Positions 29,475 through 37,132 of a stretch of DNA of 64,000 nt are shown piece after piece. Origin of the DNA: Nitrospirales bacterium (GTDB lineage: Bacteria; Nitrospirota; Nitrospiria; Nitrospirales; UBA8639); contig CBDCWC010000002.1 of assembly GCA_965223295.1 (NCBI GenBank), positions 1,248,001 through 1,312,000 on the forward strand, given 5' to 3'. Every line of letters starts with the position of its first letter. Position 1 is the first letter of the stretch. A program made the translations under genes and the position numbers. The notes under the pieces were generated by a model. It was given only the letters and a program-made list of their open reading frames with translations, made no database searches and was not told the origin of the DNA.

Positions 29475-30320
29475 ATGAGCCATATCGATCTTCATACCCA
29501 CACCACATTTTCAGATGGAAGTCTCTCCCCTACCGATTTAGTCGAACATGCAATCCAACAAGGCCTGCAGACCCTTGCCATCACCGATCATGATACAACC
29601 CATGGCTTATCTGAAGCCCTAACAACCATCAACGGACGTCCACTGGAATTGATTCCCGGCGTTGAATTGAGCACACAATTCAAGAATCGAGAGACTCATA
29701 TTTTAGGGTATTTCATTGATCCAAATGATCTCCAATTTCAAACCCACCTACAGGCGCTTCGCTCCACTCGCATAGACCGAATCCGTCAAATAGTTGATCG
29801 ATTGAATATTCTAGGAATCGATATCACTCTGGAGGAAGTTGAGGAGATCTCTGAAACCGGCACCATCGGCCGTCCACATATCGCACAAGTCCTCATCGCC
29901 AAAGGATACGTGGCACATATGAAAGACGCCTTTGAGCAATTCTTAGGGACCCGAGGAAAGGCCTATGTTCAACGGGCAGTCCCTGAAGCCCATGAAGTCA
30001 TCAGCTGGATTATCAACGCAGGAGGGCTGCCTGTTCTGGCTCATCCTTACTGGGAAGGACTGAATAAAGAACAGAGCATCGCCGCATGTCAAAGGTTAGT
30101 CGAACAAGGGTTACGCGGCATTGAAGTATTTTACGGCACGTTTTCGGCTCGTCATATTTCATTCAATTTGGGGTTAGCAAAACAGTTTGATTTGCTGGTC
30201 ACTGGAGGGAGTGATTTCCACGGAGACATGAAACCAGAGGTTAAACTGGGGAAAGGACGAGGCTCATTACATGTCCCGACGAAAGTTGTTGATCGGTTAC
30301 GAATAGCAGCAGGACAATAA
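29475..30320 (+). CDS. PHP-domain phosphoesterase (TrpH/YciV-like)
   Basis: DLHTHTTFSDG, AITDHD, GRPHIA, LAHP, GGSDFHG. Confidence 0.9.
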   Translation: MSHIDLHTHTTFSDGSLSPTDLVEHAIQQGLQTLAITDHDTTHGLSEALTTINGRPLELIPGVELSTQFKNRETHILGYFIDPNDLQFQTHLQALRSTRIDRIRQIVDRLNILGIDITLEEVEEISETGTIGRPHIAQVLIAKGYVAHMKDAFEQFLGTRGKAYVQRAVPEAHEVISWIINAGGLPVLAHPYWEGLNKEQSIAACQRLVEQGLRGIEVFYGTFSARHISFNLGLAKQFDLLVTGGSDFHGDMKPEVKLGKGRGSLHVPTKVVDRLRIAAGQ

Positions 30321-30370
30321 ACGGGAAGCCTGAATCGGCGCAATTATATCAATCCTGTCAAACACACTTT

Positions 30371-30561
30371 GGGTCTGTTAAAAAAATCTGCCAGCGGCAT
30401 TCTTGCCATTGTTCCGTGCTCACGTACTGCCAGTACGCTCCGCGCGCAAAAATGGCTGTGGCCTTGCTGGCCGGACTTTTTTGAACCGACCCGACGCTCT
30501 TGCTTTCTAAGAGCTTCTTGGCGAAATACGTCTTTTGCTATCTTCATGATTCAACACTCCC
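30371..30561 (+). mobile_element. Tripartite MITE-like element, copy A
   Basis: GGGTCTGTTAAAAAA...core...TTTTTTGAACCGACC plus a 70-bp module ending TTCAACACTCCC; homologous to copies at 33023, 36890 and 55961. Confidence 0.85.
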
Positions 30562-30564
30562 ACA

Positions 30565-31578
30565 CTAATTGTCGGAAGCTTCGACGATATGATTTTCAAA
30601 TCTGGTACAGCCCTCGGCCAGTAAGCGATTCGTCAGCATTTCTCCCGGCCATTCAATAGGCAAATCAGCGGTAAAGACCCATACATCCGGCGATGTCCAT
30701 ATGGGGCCATGTTCTTCGGGAAGGTCCGGATCGAATAAATCTGTCCACACGGGCATATAGACTCCATTGCCGCATTGCGTATGAAGGTGTACCACTGTGC
30801 GGCTACGGATAGGGCCTTCCAAATCATGCCAAACTGCCGCGGTTTCATCAGCCAAGCGATGGAGACGCACAGCATTTTGCGCATCGAATAAAGCATAGGC
30901 GGCATAGTTGGGCGCTTCCAACATTTGCGGCGCCATCGCGATTTCAGAACATTGCGTCACCAATCCATCCATAATGGCCTGACAATCACTTTCCTGCAAC
31001 GTATCAGCCAACGTGGTATCCGGTACGCCCAAAATTTCAAAAAACAAGAAGGCCGTCGCCTCGACCGGAGGATGAAGACGAGCAGCGATGGCTTGCCGAC
31101 GTTGTCCTTCAGCCAAGTTCGTGATGTGATCATGGACTTTCTCTAAATTCAGAAAATCCAACGTGGTATCGGTCAGGAGACGCGGCTCAACTGTAATCGC
31201 AACCCCTTTTGGCATATGAAGATGTCTTCGCAAGAGATCTGCGGTCTCAATAGGATCAATTTTCAATTTCAAGGGAAAGTCCAAATTTGCTTGAAGAGGG
31301 AGTTCCAAGGAGGCGAGGATGGCAAACGTTTCCGCTTCTTCGTGTTCCGTGTCCATCACACCGCAACTGGCAGCTTCAGCCAACAGATCAAACAACCATT
31401 CCGCCATGTTCTCATCTAAGGCCGCAAGAACCGTCAGCACCTCATGTTCACGGTCCTGATCTAACAAGGCTTGCAGCACTTCGATCGCCAAACTGGGATC
31501 ACCATGTTCATGACGACGCGCATTGATAAGATGAATAAGATCACGTGTGAGAGGATCAGGACGATACCAACTAGACAT
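30565..31578 (-). CDS. Hypothetical acidic protein
   Basis: 337-aa ORF with natural composition; no motif recognised. Confidence 0.7.
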   Translation of the reverse strand: MSSWYRPDPLTRDLIHLINARRHEHGDPSLAIEVLQALLDQDREHEVLTVLAALDENMAEWLFDLLAEAASCGVMDTEHEEAETFAILASLELPLQANLDFPLKLKIDPIETADLLRRHLHMPKGVAITVEPRLLTDTTLDFLNLEKVHDHITNLAEGQRRQAIAARLHPPVEATAFLFFEILGVPDTTLADTLQESDCQAIMDGLVTQCSEIAMAPQMLEAPNYAAYALFDAQNAVRLHRLADETAAVWHDLEGPIRSRTVVHLHTQCGNGVYMPVWTDLFDPDLPEEHGPIWTSPDVWVFTADLPIEWPGEMLTNRLLAEGCTRFENHIVEASDN

Positions 31579-31683
31579 GAAAAGAGATGTCCTTTATTGA
31601 CGAGGATACGGAACGAAACGTGTGGACATATGCTGTTGAGGCTAGCAGCATTTTCCCATTACCAGAACCTCTTTGCCAACTTT

Positions 31684-32097
31684 TCATTCTCCTATAACTT
31701 TGACTAACACCCGCTTGCGGCGACGCCCATCAAATTCTCCATAAAAAATTTGCTCCCATGTACCAAAATCCAAGGCTCCGTTCGTAATCGCCACAACCAC
31801 TTCCCGCCCCATAATCTGCCGTTTGATATGCGCGTCGCCGTTATCCTCACCAGTCAGATTATGTTGATACTCATCCGCATGGGGAGCAAGCCGTTCAAGG
31901 AACCGTTCATAATCCTGCAACAGGCCTGATTCATCATCATTGATATACACACTGGCTGTAATATGCATGGCATTAACCAGCACCAGCCCCTCTTGGATGC
32001 CACTCTGCTCAACCACGCGTTCCACTTGTGGGGTGATATTCACAAACTCCCGCCGTGATTGTGTATGAAACCAGAGTTCTTCTCGATACGATTTCAT
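31684..32097 (-). CDS. yjbQ: YjbQ/UPF0047 family protein
   Basis: [14 protein letters not shown]...[20 protein letters not shown]. Confidence 0.9.
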   Translation of the reverse strand: MKSYREELWFHTQSRREFVNITPQVERVVEQSGIQEGLVLVNAMHITASVYINDDESGLLQDYERFLERLAPHADEYQHNLTGEDNGDAHIKRQIMGREVVVAITNGALDFGTWEQIFYGEFDGRRRKRVLVKVIGE

Positions 32098-32378
32098 GGG
32101 TATCCTTTTCTTCGAGTCTTTCAGCCGGAGCAGCCGTACTGGATTCTCGCTCACTGGAAACATCATTGCAAGTAGGAAGCTTTCATCTCGTTTTATCATT
32201 CACATATAGAGAATATCAGATGGTTGGAGGTTTGACAGAACCGCCAAGTGGTGGTAATAAAGTTAACCATTAGGTTATTTCCCTACGACAGTAATTTTTA
32301 CACCATTGCCAATACACTGACATATGCATGGGTCGCCATGCACATCGTGTCTTTCATTAGAAAAAGGAGGCAGGGCTC

Positions 32379-32888
32379 ATGACAGCCACGCTTGGAAACC
32401 TGTTTTCAGCAACACACCCGACAGGGGGTCACGTGCTGTTTGCCGAAGATTCCGATAAGGATTTAGATTTTGACGAAGGATTTGAAGAGGATGAACTCCA
32501 CCAATCCAAACCACCTTCACGGCGACCTCTTATGTGGATTCTCATCCTTCTCTTGCTGGCAGGCGTTGCCTATTGGGTGCTCAATAATCCAACAGGACAA
32601 ATGGGAAATTCTGGTTCCATGAATGCAGGAACAGACAGCTATTCAGCATCAACTGCCGAGACCATACAATCTCCTCTTTTCAGCGAAGATCAATTGGTGA
32701 TACTTGTCGAAAAAGCCGTACTCATGGGAGATCCCGCCAATACTCTCCCTGGCCCTCTCGTACAAGCTGGCGATCAATTGACGATTCTTGATGGAAGTTA
32801 TGAATCCCAAGGGTGGGTGTATTTGGTAAAAACAACCACGGGAAAAACAGGATGGATTCCCGGCGAGAAACTTAAGAGTCAGTCGTAA
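32379..32888 (+). CDS. Membrane-anchored protein with a C-terminal SH3-like domain
   Basis: Acidic N-terminal patch, single TM, C-terminal WVYLVKT..GKTGWIP; SD AGGAGG. Confidence 0.7.
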   Translation: MTATLGNLFSATHPTGGHVLFAEDSDKDLDFDEGFEEDELHQSKPPSRRPLMWILILLLLAGVAYWVLNNPTGQMGNSGSMNAGTDSYSASTAETIQSPLFSEDQLVILVEKAVLMGDPANTLPGPLVQAGDQLTILDGSYESQGWVYLVKTTTGKTGWIPGEKLKSQS

Positions 32889-33022
32889 GGAAACGATAAA
32901 GACTCAACACTCGAGTCCCATTCAAGCACCTAGTTGCTCTGACCTCAACCATCTTTTCATTCGACAATTCAGCCTACCACACACGACTTCTATCCAACTG
33001 ACAACCCACTCTATAACAGCGT

Positions 33023-33245
33023 GGGGCTGTTGAAAGAATCTACCAGCGATGTTCCCGGCCTTCGCCGTGGCGGCTTCGCGCAGGCAGGTCGTCATTTTTC
33101 TGTGCTCACGCAGTACCAGTAGCTCCGCGCGCAAAAATGCTATGGCCTTGCTGGATGAATTTTTTGGGACCGACCCGAAGCTTTTGATATCTGATGGGAA
33201 CATAAGCAAATTTGCTTTTGGTGTTTTGTATTATTCAACACTCCC
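33023..33245 (+). mobile_element. Tripartite MITE-like element, copy B, with a nested 34-bp repeat
   Basis: GGGGCTGTTGAAAG...TTCAACACTCCC; extra 34 bp at 33055-33088 relative to the other copies. Confidence 0.82.
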
Positions 33246-33314
33246 AGCATCGTCGTTCGACATTGAACCACTAGGAGCATCCTTGCTAGGGTGAAGTTGA
33301 GGGTTCATCGCATC

Positions 33315-34247
33315 ATGACCGTTTCAAATATCTCTTCGATTTCCAACCAGGATCCACAAACGCCAATGTCTCCGGACGACGCCCAACAACTCTGTACCGC
33401 TTATACAAAATCAAGTGGGAGTAATTTTTACTATTCGTTTCTGTTTCTCCCTCGTCAACGGCGGGAAGCCATGTATACCATTTATGCATTATGCCGAATG
33501 GTGGACAGTGCTGTGGATGACCCACCACCAGGGAGCAAGCCGCTAGAGGTCCTGGCAACTTGGCGAGAAGAAGTGTCCGCAGCCTACAAAGGTCAACCGA
33601 CCCTCCCCGCAACGATCAGTTTGGCTACACACCTGCAAGAGTTTGATATTCCCGAAGATTTAATTCAAGAACTTATCACAGGCGTCGAAATGGATTTAAC
33701 GATCAATCGCTACGAAACATTTTCGGATTTATACCCCTACTGTTACCGAGTGGCATCTGTGGTGGGATTAGTCTGTCTCAAAATTTTCAAAACAGAATCT
33801 CCCAAAGCGGAAGACTATGCTGAAAATTTGGGCATTGCTTTTCAACTTACGAATATGCTTCGCGACCTGTATAGCGATGCCCAAGAAAATCGCGTCTATC
33901 TGCCACAAGAAGACTTTCAGCGATTTGGTTATTCGGTCGAATCATTGCTCAACAAAGAATCATCTCCTGAACTCGTTGAATTCATGAAATTCCAATGTGC
34001 TCGAGCACACTCGTATTATCAGAAAGCCCAAGATGTCCTCAGCTCCCTCCCCGCCCCAGATCAAAAAGCGCTCGTTGTCGCGGAAATTATGCGAGGCGTT
34101 TACAGTACGATTCTTCACAAAATTGAGTCCCAAAACTATCCCATTTTTGGGCCCCGGACGCGAGTCTCGTCATTTCAACGTCTGGGCATTGCCTCAAACA
34201 TTTGGCTGCGCTCGTTGCTCACGCGACCTGTCGCCACATCCATGTGA
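33315..34247 (+). CDS. hpnD: Presqualene diphosphate synthase (squalene/phytoene synthase family)
   Basis: SGSNFYYSF, YCYRVASVVG, LGIAFQLTNMLRD, RVYLP; followed by an hpnE-like gene. Confidence 0.82.
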   Translation: MTVSNISSISNQDPQTPMSPDDAQQLCTAYTKSSGSNFYYSFLFLPRQRREAMYTIYALCRMVDSAVDDPPPGSKPLEVLATWREEVSAAYKGQPTLPATISLATHLQEFDIPEDLIQELITGVEMDLTINRYETFSDLYPYCYRVASVVGLVCLKIFKTESPKAEDYAENLGIAFQLTNMLRDLYSDAQENRVYLPQEDFQRFGYSVESLLNKESSPELVEFMKFQCARAHSYYQKAQDVLSSLPAPDQKALVVAEIMRGVYSTILHKIESQNYPIFGPRTRVSSFQRLGIASNIWLRSLLTRPVATSM

Positions 34248-35626
34248 CACGCCACGTTCTTCTACTCGGGAACAATCTCACCGGGCTGGTTACAGCCTAC
34301 CGGCTCGTCCACTATGGTTTTCGTGTCAGTATTATTGATACGCAATCTGATACTCCTTCCCGCATTCCCTCTAGACTCCGTCAAGAAGCAAAGAAACCAA
34401 GAGCAGCAGCACCTCTTTCTAGCCCTTACAACGACGGTTATCCTCTAATTTTGCACGGTTTTTATCAGGCCACATGGTCACTGCTACAGGAACTATGCTT
34501 TGAATGGCCATCACAGACTGCCCACGCTGTTTGTTTAGAATTTGGGAACCAGAACCTCGCAGAACCACGAATCCGGCTCCCCAAACCATCCCGGATAGCC
34601 TGGATGCATCCAATGAGGCCATTACTCTTCTTCAAAGGGCTTTCCTGGTCAGACCGCTGGAATATCATCAACCTCCTAGAAAAACAATGGGAAGAGAATC
34701 GCCTGACCGATTACCACCCTGATATCCAAAGCGCTGAAAGCTGGCTCATCGCCGCAAAACAGTCGGACCATAGTCGTACATACTTCTGGAATCCTTTGTG
34801 CCGGTTTTTTCTACATTGCAATCTCTCAGAAGCCTCCCTCAGTTCCTTCATTGAAGTCTTCTCGCGCTACTGGTTTGGGCAACCCATCGATGCTGCAACC
34901 TACCTGACGCTATACGAGACTTTGGAAAAACTGGAAACCCACCTACGGCAATGGCTCATCCACAAAGGAACTCGATTTCACATATCAACTGGAGCACTCA
35001 ATCTCCACACAAACAACGACGAGGTTCGAGCAATTGGGACAGCTGACGACAATCTTACGGCCTACGCCTATGTTTCAGCCCTGACCCCAAAGCATCTCTG
35101 TTCTCTACTCCCTGAACGCGCGTTGGCTCATTACGGGTATTTTTCCTCCTTAGCACACATACCAGAAGTTTATGGCTTAGCCGTTCGATTCACTGTCAAG
35201 AATACCCTTCTCCCTCCTCGGCTCATTCTTCACGCCGCTTCATTTGATTGGATTACCAGTCAACCAAATTCACAATCAGGTGAAGCTGAAACCATAATGA
35301 CCTGCGCCACACTTGAAGAACCTACTGTTCAACGTGATACCGAAGAACTCATCCACTATGCCTCGGCTTCTATAGAACATCTATTCAAACTGTCTCCAGG
35401 TCAAACCCTCGAATCCTCTCAACCTCAAATTATTCAGCATGCAGGTCCATTGTACCCATGCCAGCAAGGATCTCGAACCCATCGGCCCCTCCCCGAAACA
35501 CCCCTTTCCAATTTTTTTCTGGCTGGTCCTTGGACAGCTACCAGCCTTCCCGCTTCTATAGAAAGTACGATACAAAGCGCCAGCGCATGTGCACAGGCTG
35601 TGAGTTCAGCCTTCTACGGATCTTGA
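34244..35626 (+). CDS. hpnE: HpnE-like FAD-dependent oxidoreductase, divergent
   Basis: GTG start overlaps the hpnD stop; FWNPLC and C-terminal NFFLAGPWTATSLPASIESTIQS; N-terminal Rossmann motif degenerate. Confidence 0.65.
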   Translation: MTRHVLLLGNNLTGLVTAYRLVHYGFRVSIIDTQSDTPSRIPSRLRQEAKKPRAAAPLSSPYNDGYPLILHGFYQATWSLLQELCFEWPSQTAHAVCLEFGNQNLAEPRIRLPKPSRIAWMHPMRPLLFFKGLSWSDRWNIINLLEKQWEENRLTDYHPDIQSAESWLIAAKQSDHSRTYFWNPLCRFFLHCNLSEASLSSFIEVFSRYWFGQPIDAATYLTLYETLEKLETHLRQWLIHKGTRFHISTGALNLHTNNDEVRAIGTADDNLTAYAYVSALTPKHLCSLLPERALAHYGYFSSLAHIPEVYGLAVRFTVKNTLLPPRLILHAASFDWITSQPNSQSGEAETIMTCATLEEPTVQRDTEELIHYASASIEHLFKLSPGQTLESSQPQIIQHAGPLYPCQQGSRTHRPLPETPLSNFFLAGPWTATSLPASIESTIQSASACAQAVSSAFYGS

Positions 35627-35628
35627 GA

Positions 35629-35657
35629 TTGACATCCTTCCTCCTCAAACTTAAGAT
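35629..35657 (+). promoter_or_regulatory. Sigma70 promoter for udg, probably leaderless
   Basis: TTGACA-17 nt-TAAGAT ending 8 nt before ATG 35666. Confidence 0.65.
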
Positions 35658-35665
35658 CCCTAGCT

Positions 35666-36322
35666 ATGGATTTAGCTCAACTCAAAACTTCTCTACACAA
35701 TTGCCAGCGCTGTCAGCTCTCCAAAGGCCGAACCCAAGTCGTCTTTGGGACTGGGAACCCGGAGGCCTCTATCATGTTCGTGGGAGAAGCTCCTGGATTT
35801 TACGAAGACCGCCAAGGCGAACCCTTTGTAGGCGCTGCAGGGAAATTACTCACAGAGCTCTTACAATCAATCGGGCTCGAACGGACCGACATCTTTATTG
35901 CCAACGTCATCAAATGCCGTCCACCCAACAATCGCGATCCCTTACCCGAAGAAATCGAGACCTGCAAACCTTTTCTCCTTCAGCAAATTGAACTCATTCA
36001 GCCGAAGCTCGTCTGCACCTTAGGCAATTTCGCCACTCAAACATTGTTGGAAAGAAAAGTCGGCATCACCAAAGTCCGTGGACAGGTCATTAAACTCGAA
36101 AAATTCGTCGTCTTTCCATTATTCCATCCTGCTGCCGCCCTCCACCAAGGCAACCTGCGCGTGCCCCTCAAAGAAGATTTCCAAAAACTCAAAAACGTCC
36201 TGGTAGACATGAGCAAAACCCCAACTCTCCCCAACACCTCCTCACCTCCAACACTTACCACCTCAAAAGAATCCTCCAAAGAAACCCCAGCCAATCCCCC
36301 AACCCAAATGAGTTTGTTTTAG
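35666..36322 (+). CDS. Family-4 uracil-DNA glycosylase ([4Fe-4S])
   Basis: CQRC, GEAPG, KCRPP..R.P...EI..C, HPAA. Confidence 0.93.
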   Translation: MDLAQLKTSLHNCQRCQLSKGRTQVVFGTGNPEASIMFVGEAPGFYEDRQGEPFVGAAGKLLTELLQSIGLERTDIFIANVIKCRPPNNRDPLPEEIETCKPFLLQQIELIQPKLVCTLGNFATQTLLERKVGITKVRGQVIKLEKFVVFPLFHPAAALHQGNLRVPLKEDFQKLKNVLVDMSKTPTLPNTSSPPTLTTSKESSKETPANPPTQMSLF

Positions 36323-36531
36323 AAGAATACTTTCCAATAACAAGAGAACTCGCAAAGCATCGGAGCCACAAATTTTTCTTTGCGACTATCTGCGTAGTTC
36401 AAGTAGACCCACCTTCTGCGCCTCACAATTAATAATAAGTTTTTAGTGGTTTCTCTTTACATAAGACTACTTTCCGTTAAGAATAAAAAATATGCACCTA
36501 CGGAACCACACATCTCAACAATGGAGGTCAC

Positions 36532-36693
36532 ATGGACACAGGTTACCCCGCGCTCATCGCTGAACTCCCCGACAAAAAAAATAACTTAAAGATCCCCGCC
36601 GGCTCTCAGAATCCAGAGTCCAAAAATCTCCCAGCCACAAAAAATATCCCTGAAGAAACCAGCTCCCCTCCGACAACCAACACCCTTTCCTAA
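36532..36693 (+). CDS. Putative 53-aa small protein
   Basis: SD GGAGG 4 nt before ATG; MDTGYPALIAELPDKKNNLKIPAGSQNPESKNLPATKNIPEETSSPPTTNTLS*; below the ORF-track length cutoff. Confidence 0.4.
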   Translation: MDTGYPALIAELPDKKNNLKIPAGSQNPESKNLPATKNIPEETSSPPTTNTLS

Positions 36694-36732
36694 AATCCTT
36701 TCGTTTCATTGCTCAACTTCAGAACCCCCTAA

Positions 36733-36752
36733 AAGGGGTCAGAATCGATTAA
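36733..36752. repeat. Single arm of the GGGGTCAGACTCGATT palindromic element
   Basis: AAGGGGTCAGAATCGATTAA, one mismatch to the arms at 41691 and 43136. Confidence 0.6.
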
Positions 36753-36889
36753 CCACTGTGCATTGCCACACATTGCCCCATTCATGACCCTTGTGGTGCA
36801 GATGCTCTCACCGATAACATGCAAACACCTCTCTATTGTTTTAGACAGACTATTGCACCTATGCCTCACACGCATCATGATTCCCTCCA

Positions 36890-37080
36890 GGGTCTGTTGA
36901 AAAAAGCCGCCAGCGACGTTCTCTCCATTTTTCCGTGCTCACGTAGGACCAGTAGGTTCCGCGCGCAAAAATGGCTGCGGCCTTGCTGGACGGACTTTTT
37001 AGAACCGACCCGATACTGTTGATCGCCAAGGGCTTTCTGAAGAAAAATGATCTTTGATATCTTCATTATTCAACGCTCCC
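36890..37080 (+). mobile_element. Tripartite MITE-like element, copy C
   Basis: GGGTCTGTTGAAAAAAGCCGCCAGC...GCTGGACGGACTTTTTAGAACCGACC plus 70 bp ending TTCAACGCTCCC. Confidence 0.85.
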
Positions 37081-37132
37081 CTCCAATCTCTCATTTGTTC
37101 AATCTTGCATTCTTCGACCCATTTTCCCGATC

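Noticed and set aside
30344-30659. ORFs 30344-30547 and 30369-30659, and similar ones at 32922-33294 and 36819-37066, encoding look-alike peptides
   Set aside because: They are translations of the repeat element copies; ends and frames differ between copies and none has an RBS.
35458-35991. 177-aa ORF overlapping hpnE and udg; also 4342-4902 and 49593-50132
   Set aside because: Alternate-frame or antisense overlaps of well-supported genes, with low-complexity composition.
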